A stretch of 64,000 bases of DNA from an uncultured Chthonomonadaceae bacterium (GCA_963835065.1 CAWIEK010000034.1:26970-90969), one strand, 5' to 3'; positions 1-11,098 are shown, counted from the stretch's first letter. Made by a program: numbers and translations. Notes: generated by a model from the letters alone, not told the origin.

Positions 1-1846
1 TGCGCGCGCTTTTCGGGCCGGTCGTATCGCCCGACATCAGCAGGCTGTCATCAATATAAATGCCCGTAGACGTGGTCAGTCCCACGCGCTTGCCCGTAGC
101 TTTGATGATGTGCGCCACCATACGGGACGTCGTGGTCTTGCCGTTTGTGCCTGTAATCGAGATCACGGGAATGCGGCAGGGCACGGGATCAGGGAACAGC
201 ATATCAATTACGGGTCGGGCGACGTTACGGCGCTTGCCTTCGGAGGGCTGCAGGTGCATCCGAAATCCGGGTCCCGCGTTCACTTCCACGATTCCGCCGC
301 CCGCTTCGCACAGCGAACGGGTAATATCCGGGGCTACGATGTCAATGCCGGCCACATCCAGGCCGACAATGCGCGCGGCGCGTTCGCATATCTCGATGTT
401 GTCCGGGTGCATTACATCGGTCACGTCAATGGCCGTGCCGCCCGTAGACATATTGGCCGTTGCGCGCAAATAGCACGTTTCGCCCTGCGGCAGCACGGTT
501 TCCAGCGTATGCCCGGCCTGCGCCAGCAAACGTTCCACCTGCGGGTCTACCGTAATGCGCGTCATGACTTTTTCGTGGCCCACGCCCCGGCGCGGGTCCT
601 GATTGACGATTTCAATCAACTGCGCAATCGTGTGTTCGCCATCCCCGACAACATGCGCAGGCACGCGATGCGCCACCGCCACTACCTTGTAATTGACCAC
701 CAGAACACGGTAATCGTTGCCTCGAAAATAGCTTTCCACCAGGACCACGCGGCTGTGGAGCAATGCCTGCTCAAAGCCCCAGCGCGCCTGTTCGGCATCG
801 GTGAGGTTCAGCGACACGCCGCGCCCGTGATTGGCGTCCAGCGGCTTTGTGACAACCGGGTAGCCGATACGGTCCGCGGCGGCAACCGCTCCTTCCGGCG
901 TTCGCGTTTCGATCTGCCGGGGCACGGGAATGCCCGCGTCGGCCAGCAGCCGGATGGTAAGGGCCTTGTCGCCGGCGGTTTCCAGCGCGATATGTGAGGT
1001 CATTCCCGTAACACTGGCGCGGATACGCTGCTGATAGCGTCCGTACCCAAGCTGCACCAGGCTTTGGTCGTCCAGGCGCAGGGCGGGAATGCCGCGCCGC
1101 TTCGCTTCGTCCACAAGGGATTGCGTGGTCGGGCCAAGCGCCTGCCGCTCCGCCAGGCGGATGAGGGCTTCCAGTTCCGCTTTGAAATCAAACGGCGCGT
1201 CGGGCGCATCCACAAGCCGCGCATCCGAGGGGACAAACATTTCCAGTCCGGCGATGCCGCGCAGGTGGGCGGGCAGCAGCGAATCTATCAGCCGCAGCGC
1301 CATCCATCCGGCCAGCAGGCCGACGCGCTCTTCCAGGTAGGAATACACGACATTGTAAGTTCCCGGCTGCTCTTTCAGCTCGCGCGTCTTGCCATACGTG
1401 ACGGGTGTTCCGGCCAGGCATTGCAGTTCCATCGCCACATGCTCGGCCACATGCCCCAGCCACGTTCCCTCTTCCAATCGCCGGACAAACCCGCCCGGTT
1501 CGCCATACGAGCAGCCATGCTCATGCAGCGTGGGAACCAATTCCAGCAGGCGTTGGGTAAATCCCGGCAGGCGCGTTGTCGGGTACTGTTCCAGCGCGCC
1601 CAGATCCAGCATGAAGCGCACCACAGGCCGGTAGCCATACGGGTTCGGGCCGCGATACACGCGCGTTTCCACAATCTTCATGCGCTGCGCTTCCCCGGCA
1701 AGTTCCTGTCGGTCTTCCTGTTCCGCGTGGCGTCCGCCCCGTTCATGCGCGCCGGGTTCCTGCAACGGAAGGCTGAGTTCCTGATTCTGCGCCTCCATCC
1801 GTACAGGCACATTCGGGACTTGTTCTGAAACCGTCGTATTTTCCAT
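1..1846 (-). CDS. cphA: cyanophycin synthetase (runs off the left edge)
   Basis: Manual translation from ATG 1681: MKIVETRVYRGPNPYGYRPVVRFMLDLG...LHEHGCSYGEPGGF...GTWLGHVAEHVAMELQ, the typical CphA N-terminus. In-frame upstream ATGs at 1846 (GAAGGA) and 2068 (GGAGG). Absent from the ORF track because it has no stop in the window. Confidence 0.92.
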   Translation of the reverse strand, partial: MENTTVSEQVPNVPVRMEAQNQELSLPLQEPGAHERGGRHAEQEDRQELAGEAQRMKIVETRVYRGPNPYGYRPVVRFMLDLGALEQYPTTRLPGFTQRLLELVPTLHEHGCSYGEPGGFVRRLEEGTWLGHVAEHVAMELQCLAGTPVTYGKTRELKEQPGTYNVVYSYLEERVGLLAGWMALRLIDSLLPAHLRGIAGLEMFVPSDARLVDAPDAPFDFKAELEALIRLAERQALGPTTQSLVDEAKRRGIPALRLDDQSLVQLGYGRYQQRIRASVTGMTSHIALETAGDKALTIRLLADAGIPVPRQIETRTPEGAVAAADRIGYPVVTKPLDANHGRGVSLNLTDAEQARWGFEQALLHSRVVLVESYFRGNDYRVLVVNYKVVAVAHRVPAHVVGDGEHTIAQLIEIVNQDPRRGVGHEKVMTRITVDPQVERLLAQAGHTLETVLPQGETCYLRATANMSTGGTAIDVTDVMHPDNIEICERAARIVGLDVAGIDIVAPDITRSLCEAGGGIVEVNAGPGFRMHLQPSEGKRRNVARPVIDMLFPDPVPCRIPVISITGTNGKTTTSRMVAHIIKATGKRVGLTTSTGIYIDDSLLMSGDTTGPKSAR

Positions 1847-2268
1847 GTCTCTTCCTTCACGTATCCAATTTTGGCAGGTATCATTCCCCGTAAGCGGGCT
1901 GGCGGAGATACAGCAATCCGTGTCTTGCGCAGCCGACGTTTGTTCCCCCTGTGGAACCGCTTCCTGGCGCGTTGTCAGCGCGCCATTGGCTTGCATTTGC
2001 GCCCTGTTGTGAGCAGGGTCGGCGAGTCGCAGCGAAGTAATCTTAACATCCGGCGTGATGGGCATCATTGCTCCTCCCCTGATGGCGGTGGTATTCAAAA
2101 GTTTGTGCTATCATGGTACAGGAAGCGTCGGCGCGGGACAGGGCCGGCATTTGCAAGTTCATGAGGCAGCACTCTGTTACACGTACACAGGCAGGGAGAT
2201 ATTGCCAACCTTTCTCTTACAAAATATCTATTTTCAACCGTGAAATTGGTTAGAGGACAAGCCAAACC

Positions 2269-2781
2269 ATGAAGGAACCGGCAGATAAACACAGGAAAGC
2301 AGACACCATGGAGGAGGCGCGCGCTGTCGCCTATCGCTTCTTAGGATACGCCGCCCGCAGCCGCAGCGAAATCGAAAAGCGTTTGGAGCGCGACGAGTTT
2401 ACGCCCGAAATCATTGCTGCCATCCTCGCCGAGTGCGAAGCGCAGGGGTGGGTAGACGATACCAAATTCGCCGGCGACTGGATTGCGGATCGCGCCGACC
2501 GCAAGAAGTACGGCAAAACGCGCTTGAAAATGGAATTGCAGCGCAAGGGGATTGACAAGGAGACGCTGAACGAAGCCTTAGACAAGGTGGACGACGAGGA
2601 CGAATTCAAACGCGCCCTTGCCGCCGCGCAGTCCAAATGGCGTCCCGACACGTTTTTCGGCCTGCCACGCGACGCGCAGCAAGCCGAAAAACAAAGATTA
2701 TCCAACTTTTTAATGCGGCGCGGCTTCACATGGGCAACAATCAAGCAGGTATTGGCCGAATTAGCGCCCAGAGACGACTGA
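2269..2781 (+). CDS. recX: regulatory protein RecX
   Basis: AYRFLGYAARSRSEIEKRL, WVDDTKFA, YGKTRLKMELQRKGI, FLMRRGF motifs; start may be ATG 2308. Confidence 0.9.
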   Translation: MKEPADKHRKADTMEEARAVAYRFLGYAARSRSEIEKRLERDEFTPEIIAAILAECEAQGWVDDTKFAGDWIADRADRKKYGKTRLKMELQRKGIDKETLNEALDKVDDEDEFKRALAAAQSKWRPDTFFGLPRDAQQAEKQRLSNFLMRRGFTWATIKQVLAELAPRDD

Positions 2782-2798
2782 CATCTATTTTCGTCGGG

Positions 2799-5399
2799 TT
2801 ACTCGATTGTGAAGGAATCGAGTATTTCTTCCGCAAGTTGTAAATTTACAGGGTCCGGGTGGGGAAAACCGACGACAGTAACAATGACGTATATCGTCCC
2901 CCTGGCGCTGCTGGTCGCGCGCGTAATCTCCAGCGCATCCGCGCCCTTGATTACATTGTTCACGGAAATGCGGGCTTCGAGCCAATTGACGCCCGCCTGA
3001 GAGATCGTTCGACTCGAATCCATATTTATCTGGCCGCTACCTTTTCCTTTATTTGCGGCCAACATTTCTTTTCGGTTCACCGCCAGACGTTGCGCCGGAA
3101 TGGCGGAGATATCCTCTTGATCATCGGCAGCGACCACCTGAATAGTCAACTGTTTGTCGGGCGATTGAAGCGAGTGTTCAAGTGTCTCCTCCGCAGACTT
3201 CAACGTTTCAAGGGTTGAAGGGACTGTGAAATGGTAGGGCACGGCCTTGCCGGACAAGGTAATCTTTTGCGGCAACGCCAGCTGCGTAACCGGAGGAGTA
3301 ACAGGCGTTTCCGGCGGGGCAGCCCCTAATGAAACTTGCTCCGGTTGAGCAGGAGGCTGCGAAGCCTCATTCGACGGAGCCGTTCCCTGCAAAGCTGAAT
3401 CCATGGGCGCAATTGCCTGCAATCCCCCATTGGACTGCGCAGATTGCTGCGAAGCCTGAGAACCGAAAAGCGCATGGCCGGCGTATTCGATGGTGGTATA
3501 CAGCACAAAGGGCAACCCCCACCCGGTCACGATGGCAGCCAAACTTGCCAGCGCAGTACGCGCCCCCCAAGGCCAGCGCGAGGGGAGGGGCTGTTCCCGT
3601 TCGCCTGCGTCTTTGCCTTTCAGAAAGGACTGCAGCGTGTAGGGCAGGTCGGCGGCCTCGCCGGTCAGCGGCCACAGCACCGGGCACTTGTATCTCACTT
3701 CCTGCACAATGGGCTTCCAGTTCGCGTCAAAGTAAACGAAGGCGGGCGCGTTCAGGAAGGGAACCCTGCGCGGCATCTGCGTATGGAACGCGCTGTCCAC
3801 CAGCCGGCACAGTTCCTCATACCTTTCCGGCTCTTGCCAGTAGCCCACCAGGCACATCAGCACTTTGCAGGGTTCGTTCAGGCTGCGGATTTGCTCCAGT
3901 TCCCACCTCACGCCTGGGGACGTGCCGGGCTGCAGCACGACGTACCGGCAGCGCTGAAGTTCGCTGCGCACCAGTTCCTGCCATTCCTTGTGAGTCGTGG
4001 CGGACAGGTAGGCGCGGGCGGCTCCGGCTGTGGGCAGCAGTTCGCCGGGGCGTCCGATGGCCCTTACAGGGCCGTAGGCCCGCAAGTAGTGGGCGATGGT
4101 CTCTTCGGAGGAGCCGGCTCCCAGCCCGATAACCATGCGGAACAAACAAACCGGATTGGCAACGATTACCATTTCCAGAATGGATACGCGCCCGGCGTTC
4201 TCTTCACGCGCTACCCGATTGCGCCGTATCTGGATTTTGTCGCGGACTCCTAAAAGCCAGGACAATGCGCCTGACGGCTGAAGCGTCGTCATCGCGTCGT
4301 CATTGAAGGGGCGCAGGTAGAGGATGGGGCTGCGCTCATCCTTGTCTTTCTGCGGGTCGTAGCGATGCTGGCACATCCGGTATCCGGCGTAGATCATCAA
4401 CGCGGCCGGTATCAGGAGCAGTCTCCAGATAGTGCGAATGGCTTGGTAGTTGTTGCCAAGGAGTGGCTCCATCGGCTTAAAGAGTAGCTCATCTGCGTCA
4501 CTGACGAGCAGTATCCAGTACACAATGCCCATAATCTTGAGCGTCCACCCCAACCCTTGTGAGTAGAAAGGAGACTTGCGTTGCGAACCTGTTTCCTGTT
4601 GCTTCCCGTCAGGAGCGGCTTCCGGGGAAAGGGAAGTGAGCTTTTTGAAAGTAGCCTGCCCACGCAGAAAGTGCGCTCCACCGAAAAACAACACGAGGCT
4701 TAGTACCGCGCCGAAAAGGGCTATCGGTGACTGTGTAGTTGCTGCAGCCCTTGCCGCAAACAGGAAAGCGATAAGACCTACCAGAAGCATTACGGCGGTG
4801 ACGCATCCTCCACCAATGGGAGCATTGACGTAATACTCGCCCTTCACTACCTTGAACAGCGTAGCGCGGACATCCTGAACCTGCGTACTGGGGATGGAAA
4901 ACCGGAAACTTCTGCCTTTCTTCCGGCTCAGGATGAACTCGATCATCTGTCTTTGAGAGCGGAGTTCTTTCTCGCTGACAGGTTTCTTTTCGCGCAATCG
5001 CGTCACGTCCTCGAAAGCGATGCTGCGCAATTGACGCAAATGCCGCGTCAACTCCGCTTCTCCCGTCTCCTGGCACATCCCATCGGTAAGTTCAATGCGT
5101 CGGGGCAGCCTGCCTTTGAGCAGGTGGTCCCTGTAGATGGCAACGACTTCCGTGTCAAAGAGTCCCTGCTGAGAGATACCCTGGTTTAAGCGCAGAATGG
5201 GATAACGCGGCTGGAAAGCGTCAGAAGCCGGTTCACCGGGCGGGGGCGCGACACTCGATACCCCAGGCGTAGTAACGCCGTTGCCTGCGGAACCCGGCGG
5301 CGTGAATTGTGGCGCGTCCGAAAGCGCGTTGCGGGTGTCGTCTGGCGCGGAAAAGCGGCTGTCCGGGCGCTCTCCGTCGGATGATGGTGTCTGGCTCAT
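2799..5399 (-). CDS. multi-pass membrane protein with a central LYLRPF..GRPGE..WEL (TIR/NDT-like?) domain and a C-terminal soluble domain
   Basis: 866-aa ORF with AAGGAG RBS; about 5 hydrophobic segments; motifs PILYLRPFNDD, GPVRAIGRPGE, SPGVRWEL. Confidence 0.7.
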   Translation of the reverse strand: MSQTPSSDGERPDSRFSAPDDTRNALSDAPQFTPPGSAGNGVTTPGVSSVAPPPGEPASDAFQPRYPILRLNQGISQQGLFDTEVVAIYRDHLLKGRLPRRIELTDGMCQETGEAELTRHLRQLRSIAFEDVTRLREKKPVSEKELRSQRQMIEFILSRKKGRSFRFSIPSTQVQDVRATLFKVVKGEYYVNAPIGGGCVTAVMLLVGLIAFLFAARAAATTQSPIALFGAVLSLVLFFGGAHFLRGQATFKKLTSLSPEAAPDGKQQETGSQRKSPFYSQGLGWTLKIMGIVYWILLVSDADELLFKPMEPLLGNNYQAIRTIWRLLLIPAALMIYAGYRMCQHRYDPQKDKDERSPILYLRPFNDDAMTTLQPSGALSWLLGVRDKIQIRRNRVAREENAGRVSILEMVIVANPVCLFRMVIGLGAGSSEETIAHYLRAYGPVRAIGRPGELLPTAGAARAYLSATTHKEWQELVRSELQRCRYVVLQPGTSPGVRWELEQIRSLNEPCKVLMCLVGYWQEPERYEELCRLVDSAFHTQMPRRVPFLNAPAFVYFDANWKPIVQEVRYKCPVLWPLTGEAADLPYTLQSFLKGKDAGEREQPLPSRWPWGARTALASLAAIVTGWGLPFVLYTTIEYAGHALFGSQASQQSAQSNGGLQAIAPMDSALQGTAPSNEASQPPAQPEQVSLGAAPPETPVTPPVTQLALPQKITLSGKAVPYHFTVPSTLETLKSAEETLEHSLQSPDKQLTIQVVAADDQEDISAIPAQRLAVNRKEMLAANKGKGSGQINMDSSRTISQAGVNWLEARISVNNVIKGADALEITRATSSARGTIYVIVTVVGFPHPDPVNLQLAEEILDSFTIE

Positions 5400-5864
5400 C
5401 TGTTACTCCTTTGAGCGGGCGCAGTGTCCGCTGGACGGCTTGCCTGATATAGGCTTCACGCCCGCGGACAGCAAATTGACACAGCGCGATTGCTATCCTC
5501 CGTAATACATCTTCGATTCGTGCCATATATCTTCCATCCGGCAGGTCAGCGAGGTTATAAACCACGCCGCCGTTGTTGCCAATTAACGTATAGCAAGAAA
5601 AATAAGTTCAGTTTCAACATTTCACGAACAAACTACGTGAACATTGTCCAATGTCATGTTTCAGAACAATTGGCCGCAGTCAAGTAACCGGAAAAAGAGT
5701 TTGTATGTATAAGTTGGGGCAATGCGGCAGGGCAATGTTTGTATAGCTTGTCCATCATTTTAGAAAATCCCGCGTATCAAGCAGCTCACTAACGAAATGA
5801 ACAAGGGAAGCAAGCTATGCCTGGCGAAATGGTAATCAAGTGGAGAGTGGAGGAGTGAGAGAAA

Positions 5865-8004
5865 ATGGCGAGTTTACTCTCATTGCTCTCACACTCACTC
5901 AATAGGGAAGGCGGTCAGTCAAGCAGTATGAGGGGAAAACAACAGCATCCATTTCGTCCGCATCCTTACGATTTTCTCCAGAGTCGGACCGAATGGGAAA
6001 CCGCCGCCGCGAAGCTTTTGGATGAGGGGCAGGCGTTCCTTGCTTCCGATCTGGCGCGCAACGGCCTGGAGCGTTACCCGGACAGCCTTCGCTTAAAGCA
6101 AGCGGCGGCGATGGCAATGATTCGGGTAGGCGCGCTGGAGGAAGCGTTAAAACTGCTGGAACCGCTTTGCCCGCCCCTGCGCCGCGACCCCCAAATGCTG
6201 CAAGAGGTTTATCAGAGCCTGCAAAGCCTGCTTCCTTCCCTTGCTGCGCCCTCAGATCAGCCCGGAAGTGAATTCGCTGGAACCGTTGGAGCATTTTGTC
6301 AACGCGCTGGAACGCATTCTGGCTTCCGAGCAGCGACAGGAAAAGCCGGACGAAGAAACGCTGGGGATGCTGGCGCGCATTTATAAGGATAAGTGGCGGC
6401 ACTCCGGCGACAGGGAGATGGCGCGTCGTTCCCGTGATATGTACCATTACAGCTACCGGACAACGGGAGGCTATTACACGGGGATTAATGCCGCGACCAT
6501 GTCCTTGCTTATCGGGGATGTGGATTTGGCGCAGGAATTGGCCCGCGCAGTTCTTGAACAGTGCCGCAAAGCGCAGGCCGAACAGGGAAGCGACTACTGG
6601 CTTCTCGCCACCCTGGGAGAAGCGGAACTGCTCCTGGGAAACAACAACAAGGCGACAGCGCTGTATCGCCAGGCGGTTCCTTTAGCGGGTTCGCGCCATG
6701 CCTGGATTGTTTCATCCCGCCAGCAGCTCCTCTTGATGGCGAAACACGGTATCAAAGTGCCGTCAGCGCTGATAGAAATTCTTCAGCCACCCCGCGTTGT
6801 GGTATTTGTCGGACACATGATAGATGCCCCTGACCGGCCAGCCCCGCGCTTTCCGGCGGCATTGGAAGCGCAGGTTGCCACACAGATTGACCGTAAACTG
6901 GAGGAACTGGACGCGCGTATCGGCTACTGCTCCGCCGCCTGCGGCTCGGATATTCTGTTTATTGAGGCAATGCTTGCGCGCGGGGCCGAAGTAAACGTCA
7001 TTCTTCCCTTTGCCGAAGAGGATTTCATTCACAGGAACGTGGCCTTCGCCAGCGAGCGCTGGATAATCCGGTATCGAAACGCGCTTAAACTGGCGAATTC
7101 CATCTCCTATGTTACCGAAGAGCCATTTTTAGGCGACAGCATCTTGTTGGATTTTATGGCGCGTATCTTTCATGGCTATGCCGAATTGCGCGCCCACACG
7201 CTGCTGACGACGCCGCGCCTGCTGGCGGTCTGGGATGGCATCCCGAAGGGGCCAATCGGCGGAACGGCGGACTTTATCAAACGCTGGCCCTATAAAAACC
7301 AGCGCGACATAATCCGTATTGACAGCCTGCCACTTCCAGTCGCACCGGCACATTCCCCGCCTGCTTCCACCCGTCAGACCGGAACCAAGCCACCGAAAGC
7401 GCAGGACGCGCTGGCCTATCACGGGCAGCGTCGCATCTGCACGATGCTGTTCGCGGATGTGGTGGGCTACAGCAAGCTCGAAGAGGCTTCCATTCCCGCG
7501 TTTCTGTATGAGTTCTGGATGACGGTCGCGGAGCGCCTTGCGCCCAAACCTCTTTTCGTAAATACGTGGGGAGATGCGATCTTTGCGGTCATGGAGAAGG
7601 CGCAGGATATGGTAGAGTACGCGCTTTCCCTACAAAGAGCCGTCAGGGAAACCTTCTGGAAAAATACAGAAGTACGGAAAGGGATTGATGTGCGTATCGG
7701 CCTGCATGTTGGGCCGATTTTTGAAGCGACGGACCCCATCACGCAGCGAATCAACTATTATGGCTCGCATGTCAACCGCGCCGCGCGTCTGGAACCCGTC
7801 ACCGTGCCGGGCCACATCTACGCTACCGAGCAGTTCGTCGCCCTGTTGATGTCCGATGTGAGTGGCCGCCGCGCCGTTTCCAATCTATTTAGTTGTGAAT
7901 ACGTAGGGGTTCTTTCGCTGGCAAAGGATTTCGGCGAGCAAGTCACTTACCACATTCGTGGGGCCGATCCAACGGAGGGCCTTTCAGACAGTCCCACAGA
8001 GTAA
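5865..8004 (+). CDS. TPR (DUF4071/TRAF-binding-like) + SLOG-like + class III nucleotide cyclase; split by an apparent frameshift near 6240
   Basis: ORFs 5865-6386 and 6241-8004 join. Motifs ETLGMLARIYKD..YTGINAAT, FVGHMID..SAACGSDILF, LFADVVGYS..TWGD..RIGLH.G..YYGSHVNRAARLE. Confidence 0.8.
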
Positions 8005-8195
8005 CCGTTAAACTGCTAATTGCCTGCACGACAAAAATCAGTTTACTTTTTTCACTCCCATTGCTTCGATTGGAGTACAATCAAGCAGGTATTGGCGGAA
8101 CCGACGCCGAACAATACTTAACTTCTCGTGGTTTTTGCGCCAAAAGCGGCTTTTGTAAGTTCGATCCGCTTCGGTGCGCAGTCAACCTGCCAGTC

Positions 8196-8318
8196 ACAGC
8201 AGGCCGAGTTCACAATAACAAGTTCTTAGACCCGATACAGCCTTTTTCCCATTTCTGTACATTCTTTATAGAAGTGGGCCGGGCGTGGCTGAGGCTTGTT
8301 GGGAACGTGGTCAGCTGT
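8196..8318 (+). ncRNA. candidate structured RNA upstream of rny (6S-like rod or cis leader)
   Basis: Nested pairings ACAGC/GCTGT, GTTC/GAAC, AACAAG/CTTGTT and apical stem CCCATTTCTGTA (8248-8259)/TATAGAAGTGGG (8267-8278). Confidence 0.4.
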
Positions 8319-8381
8319 TTACCCTCGCTCAATCTCGGACAGGGGCGCTCGTTGCCCATTCTCTGTCTGGAGGTGAGGGAT

Positions 8382-9954
8382 TTGTATACGTCAACAGTTG
8401 TTTTTATTTTGGTCTCCGCTTTTGCATTGCTCTTGGGAGTTTTTGTTGAACATTTCTTCTTGATTCGTCCCATTGAAACACGCGAACGCGCGCGTGTGGC
8501 TGAACTGGTACAGGCCCAACAGACAGAAGCGCAGAAATTAAAAGAGGATGCGCTCAAAGAAGTGGAATCCTCCGAAACGTCAGGCCCTGTTGGAAGCCAA
8601 AGAAGACGCGCTCCATTTCCGTACCGAAGTGGAAAATGAAAACCGGGAAAAACGAGCTGAAATCCAGAGGTTAGAGCGAAGACTGGCACAAAAAGAAGAA
8701 AATCTCGACCGCCGCACCGACAGTCTGGAAGGCCGGGAACGTCAAATACAGGAGCGTGAAGCCCAATCCGCGCAGGGACGGCAGGAGGTGGAGGAACTGC
8801 TGACCAAACAGCGGCAGGAACTCCAGCGGCTTGCCGGATTGTCGCAGGAAGACGCCCGCGCTTTGTTTATGAAAAACATTGAGGACGACAGCCGCCACGA
8901 TGCCGCCAAACTGATGCGCGACATTGAGGAGGCCGCGCGACGCGACGGGGAGCGCAAAGCGCGTCAAATCGTCACCGATGTCATACAGCGGTGCAGCGTG
9001 GATCAAACGTCGGAAACAACCGTTTCCGTCGTGCCCCTGCCCAACGACGAGATGAAGGGCCGCATCATCGGGCGCGAAGGCCGCAACATTCGCGCTTTCG
9101 AGACCCTGACAGGCGTGGACCTGATTATAGACGACACGCCGGATACCGTCGTGCTGTCCGGGTTCGATCCTGTCCGGCGCGAAAAAGCCCGTATCGCCCT
9201 GACCAACCTGATTGTGGATGGGCGCATCCATCCGGGGCGCATTGAGGAGTTGTACAAAAAAGCGGAAGTGGAAGTGGAAGCGCGGATTCAGGAGGCGGGC
9301 GAGCGGGCCGTGCTGCAAACCGGCATGACCGGCCTATCATCGGAAATCGTACACCTGCTGGGCAAAATGAAATACCGCACGTCCTTCCGCCAGAATGTCC
9401 TCGACCACAGCATCGAAGTGTCGCTCCTTTGCGGGATGCTGGCGGCGGAAGTGGGCGCGGATGTGCAGATTGCCCGCCGCGCAGGACTCTTGCACGACCT
9501 GGGCAAAGCCGTAGATTTCGAGATCGAAGGCCCGCACGCTTTGATTACGGGCGAGATTCTGCGGCGCAACCGCGAGTCCGAACCCGTTGTCCATGCGGCG
9601 GAAGCGCATCATCACGATGTGGAACCCGCCACTGTCGAGGCCATCCTGGTGATCTGCGGCGACCAGATTTCCGCCGCCCGTCCCGGCGCGCGGCGCGAAA
9701 CGCTGGAAACCTACGTGAAACGCCTGAAGAAACTGGAAGACATCGGTGAAAGTTTCGCAGGCGTAGAGAAAGTGTTCGCGGTGCAGGCTGGCCGCGAAAT
9801 CCGGGTCATCGTGCGCCCGGAGCAGATTGACGACCTGGCTTCCCTAAAACTGGCGCGCGACATGGCCCGCCGCATCGAAGACGAGATGGACTACCCCGGC
9901 CAGATCAAAGTGACGGTAATTCGGGAAACTAGGGCGGTGGATTTTGCGAAATAG
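8382..9954 (+). CDS. rny: ribonuclease Y; apparent frameshift near 8570
   Basis: TTG start after GGAGGTG; N-terminal TM in one frame, then coiled coil, KH (MKGRIIGREGRNIR) and HD (LLHDLGK) domains in ORF 8548-9954. Confidence 0.95.
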
Positions 9955-9960
9955 GAAGGA

Positions 9961-10081
9961 GGTAGACGGTAGACGGTAGACGGTAGACGATAGCAACTTA
10001 CCCATTCGTCAGTTCTCATCTTGATAAAGATGGCAGTGAATGGAAGTTCTACCGTCTACCGTCTACCGTCTACCGTCTACC
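9961..10081. repeat. inverted pair of heptamer tandem arrays (GGTAGAC)4 ... (GTCTACC)4-5
   Basis: Arrays at 9961-9988 and 10047-10081. Confidence 0.95.
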
Positions 10082-10095
10082 TGAAAAGCACTTTT

Positions 10096-10893
10096 ATGCG
10101 CGTACTCATGGTCGGCAACGTGGTCGGCAAAGCGGGGCGATTGCTTACGCACGAATTGGTTCCTATCCTGCGGAGGGAACACAAAGTAGACTTTGTGATT
10201 GTGAACGGGGAAAATTCCGCCGGGGGAATCGGCATCACGCCCGATATTGCCAATACGTTTTTGCGCCACCAGATTGACGTGATTACGCTGGGCAACCATG
10301 CGTGGGGCAAGCGCGATATTTACCCGATGCTGGACGAAGAGCCGCGCCTGCTGCGTCCCGGCAATTATCCGCCGGGTGCGCCGGGGCGGGGATGGGGCGT
10401 GTTCGGTTCGCCGGCGGGGTCGTTCGGCGTCGTCTCGCTGCAAGGGCGCACGTTTATGGAAGCGATTGATGATCCGTTCCGCGCCATAGACGCCATTCTT
10501 GAGGAATTGCACAAGCGAACGCGCCTGATTTTCATTGATTTCCACGCCGAAGCCACATCGGAAAAAGTGGCGTTCGGGTACTACGTGGACGGACGGGTGA
10601 GCGCGGTTGTCGGAACGCATACGCACATCCAGACCGCCGACGAGCGGATTCTGGACGGCGGCACGGCCTACCTGACCGATGTAGGCATGACCGGCCCGAT
10701 AGATTCCGTTATCGGCATGAAGCGCGACATCGTGATTCCCAAATTCACCAGTGGCCTCCCCGCCCGTTTCGAGGTTGCTGACGGCGAAGCGCAGTTGTGC
10801 GGGGTTCTCGTAGACATTGACACCGCGACCGGCAAGGCAACCGCCATTCAGCGCCTTCAATCGCCGGAGCATGTGAAGAGGAGCGCCCCCTGA
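10096..10893 (+). CDS. ymdB: YmdB-family (TIGR00282-type) metallophosphoesterase
   Basis: NGENSAGG, TLGNH, DFHAEATSEK, GTHTH, TDVGMTGP motifs; follows rny. Confidence 0.93.
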   Translation: MRVLMVGNVVGKAGRLLTHELVPILRREHKVDFVIVNGENSAGGIGITPDIANTFLRHQIDVITLGNHAWGKRDIYPMLDEEPRLLRPGNYPPGAPGRGWGVFGSPAGSFGVVSLQGRTFMEAIDDPFRAIDAILEELHKRTRLIFIDFHAEATSEKVAFGYYVDGRVSAVVGTHTHIQTADERILDGGTAYLTDVGMTGPIDSVIGMKRDIVIPKFTSGLPARFEVADGEAQLCGVLVDIDTATGKATAIQRLQSPEHVKRSAP

Positions 10894-11098
10894 CTACTTT
10901 CCTCCTGTTTTTATCGTATAATGAAATCACTGCGCGATAAGTGGCTATTTCACCGGAAGATGCGTCCCAACACTTTGGTTGAACGTAAAGACACTGTTTA
11001 CTTCGTTCGCCGTCCCGCAGAAAGCGCGGGAGTGTCCGAACACCGAATACCAAATACCGAACACCGTTTGTAAGATTAGCAACGGAGGCAAGCAAACC

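Noticed and set aside
60..1828. Plus-strand ORFs 110-997 and 1064-1828
   Set aside because: Antisense to cphA
8548..8600. Programmed frameshifting in rny, coaE or cysN
   Set aside because: No consistent slippery motif; many scattered indels point to assembly error
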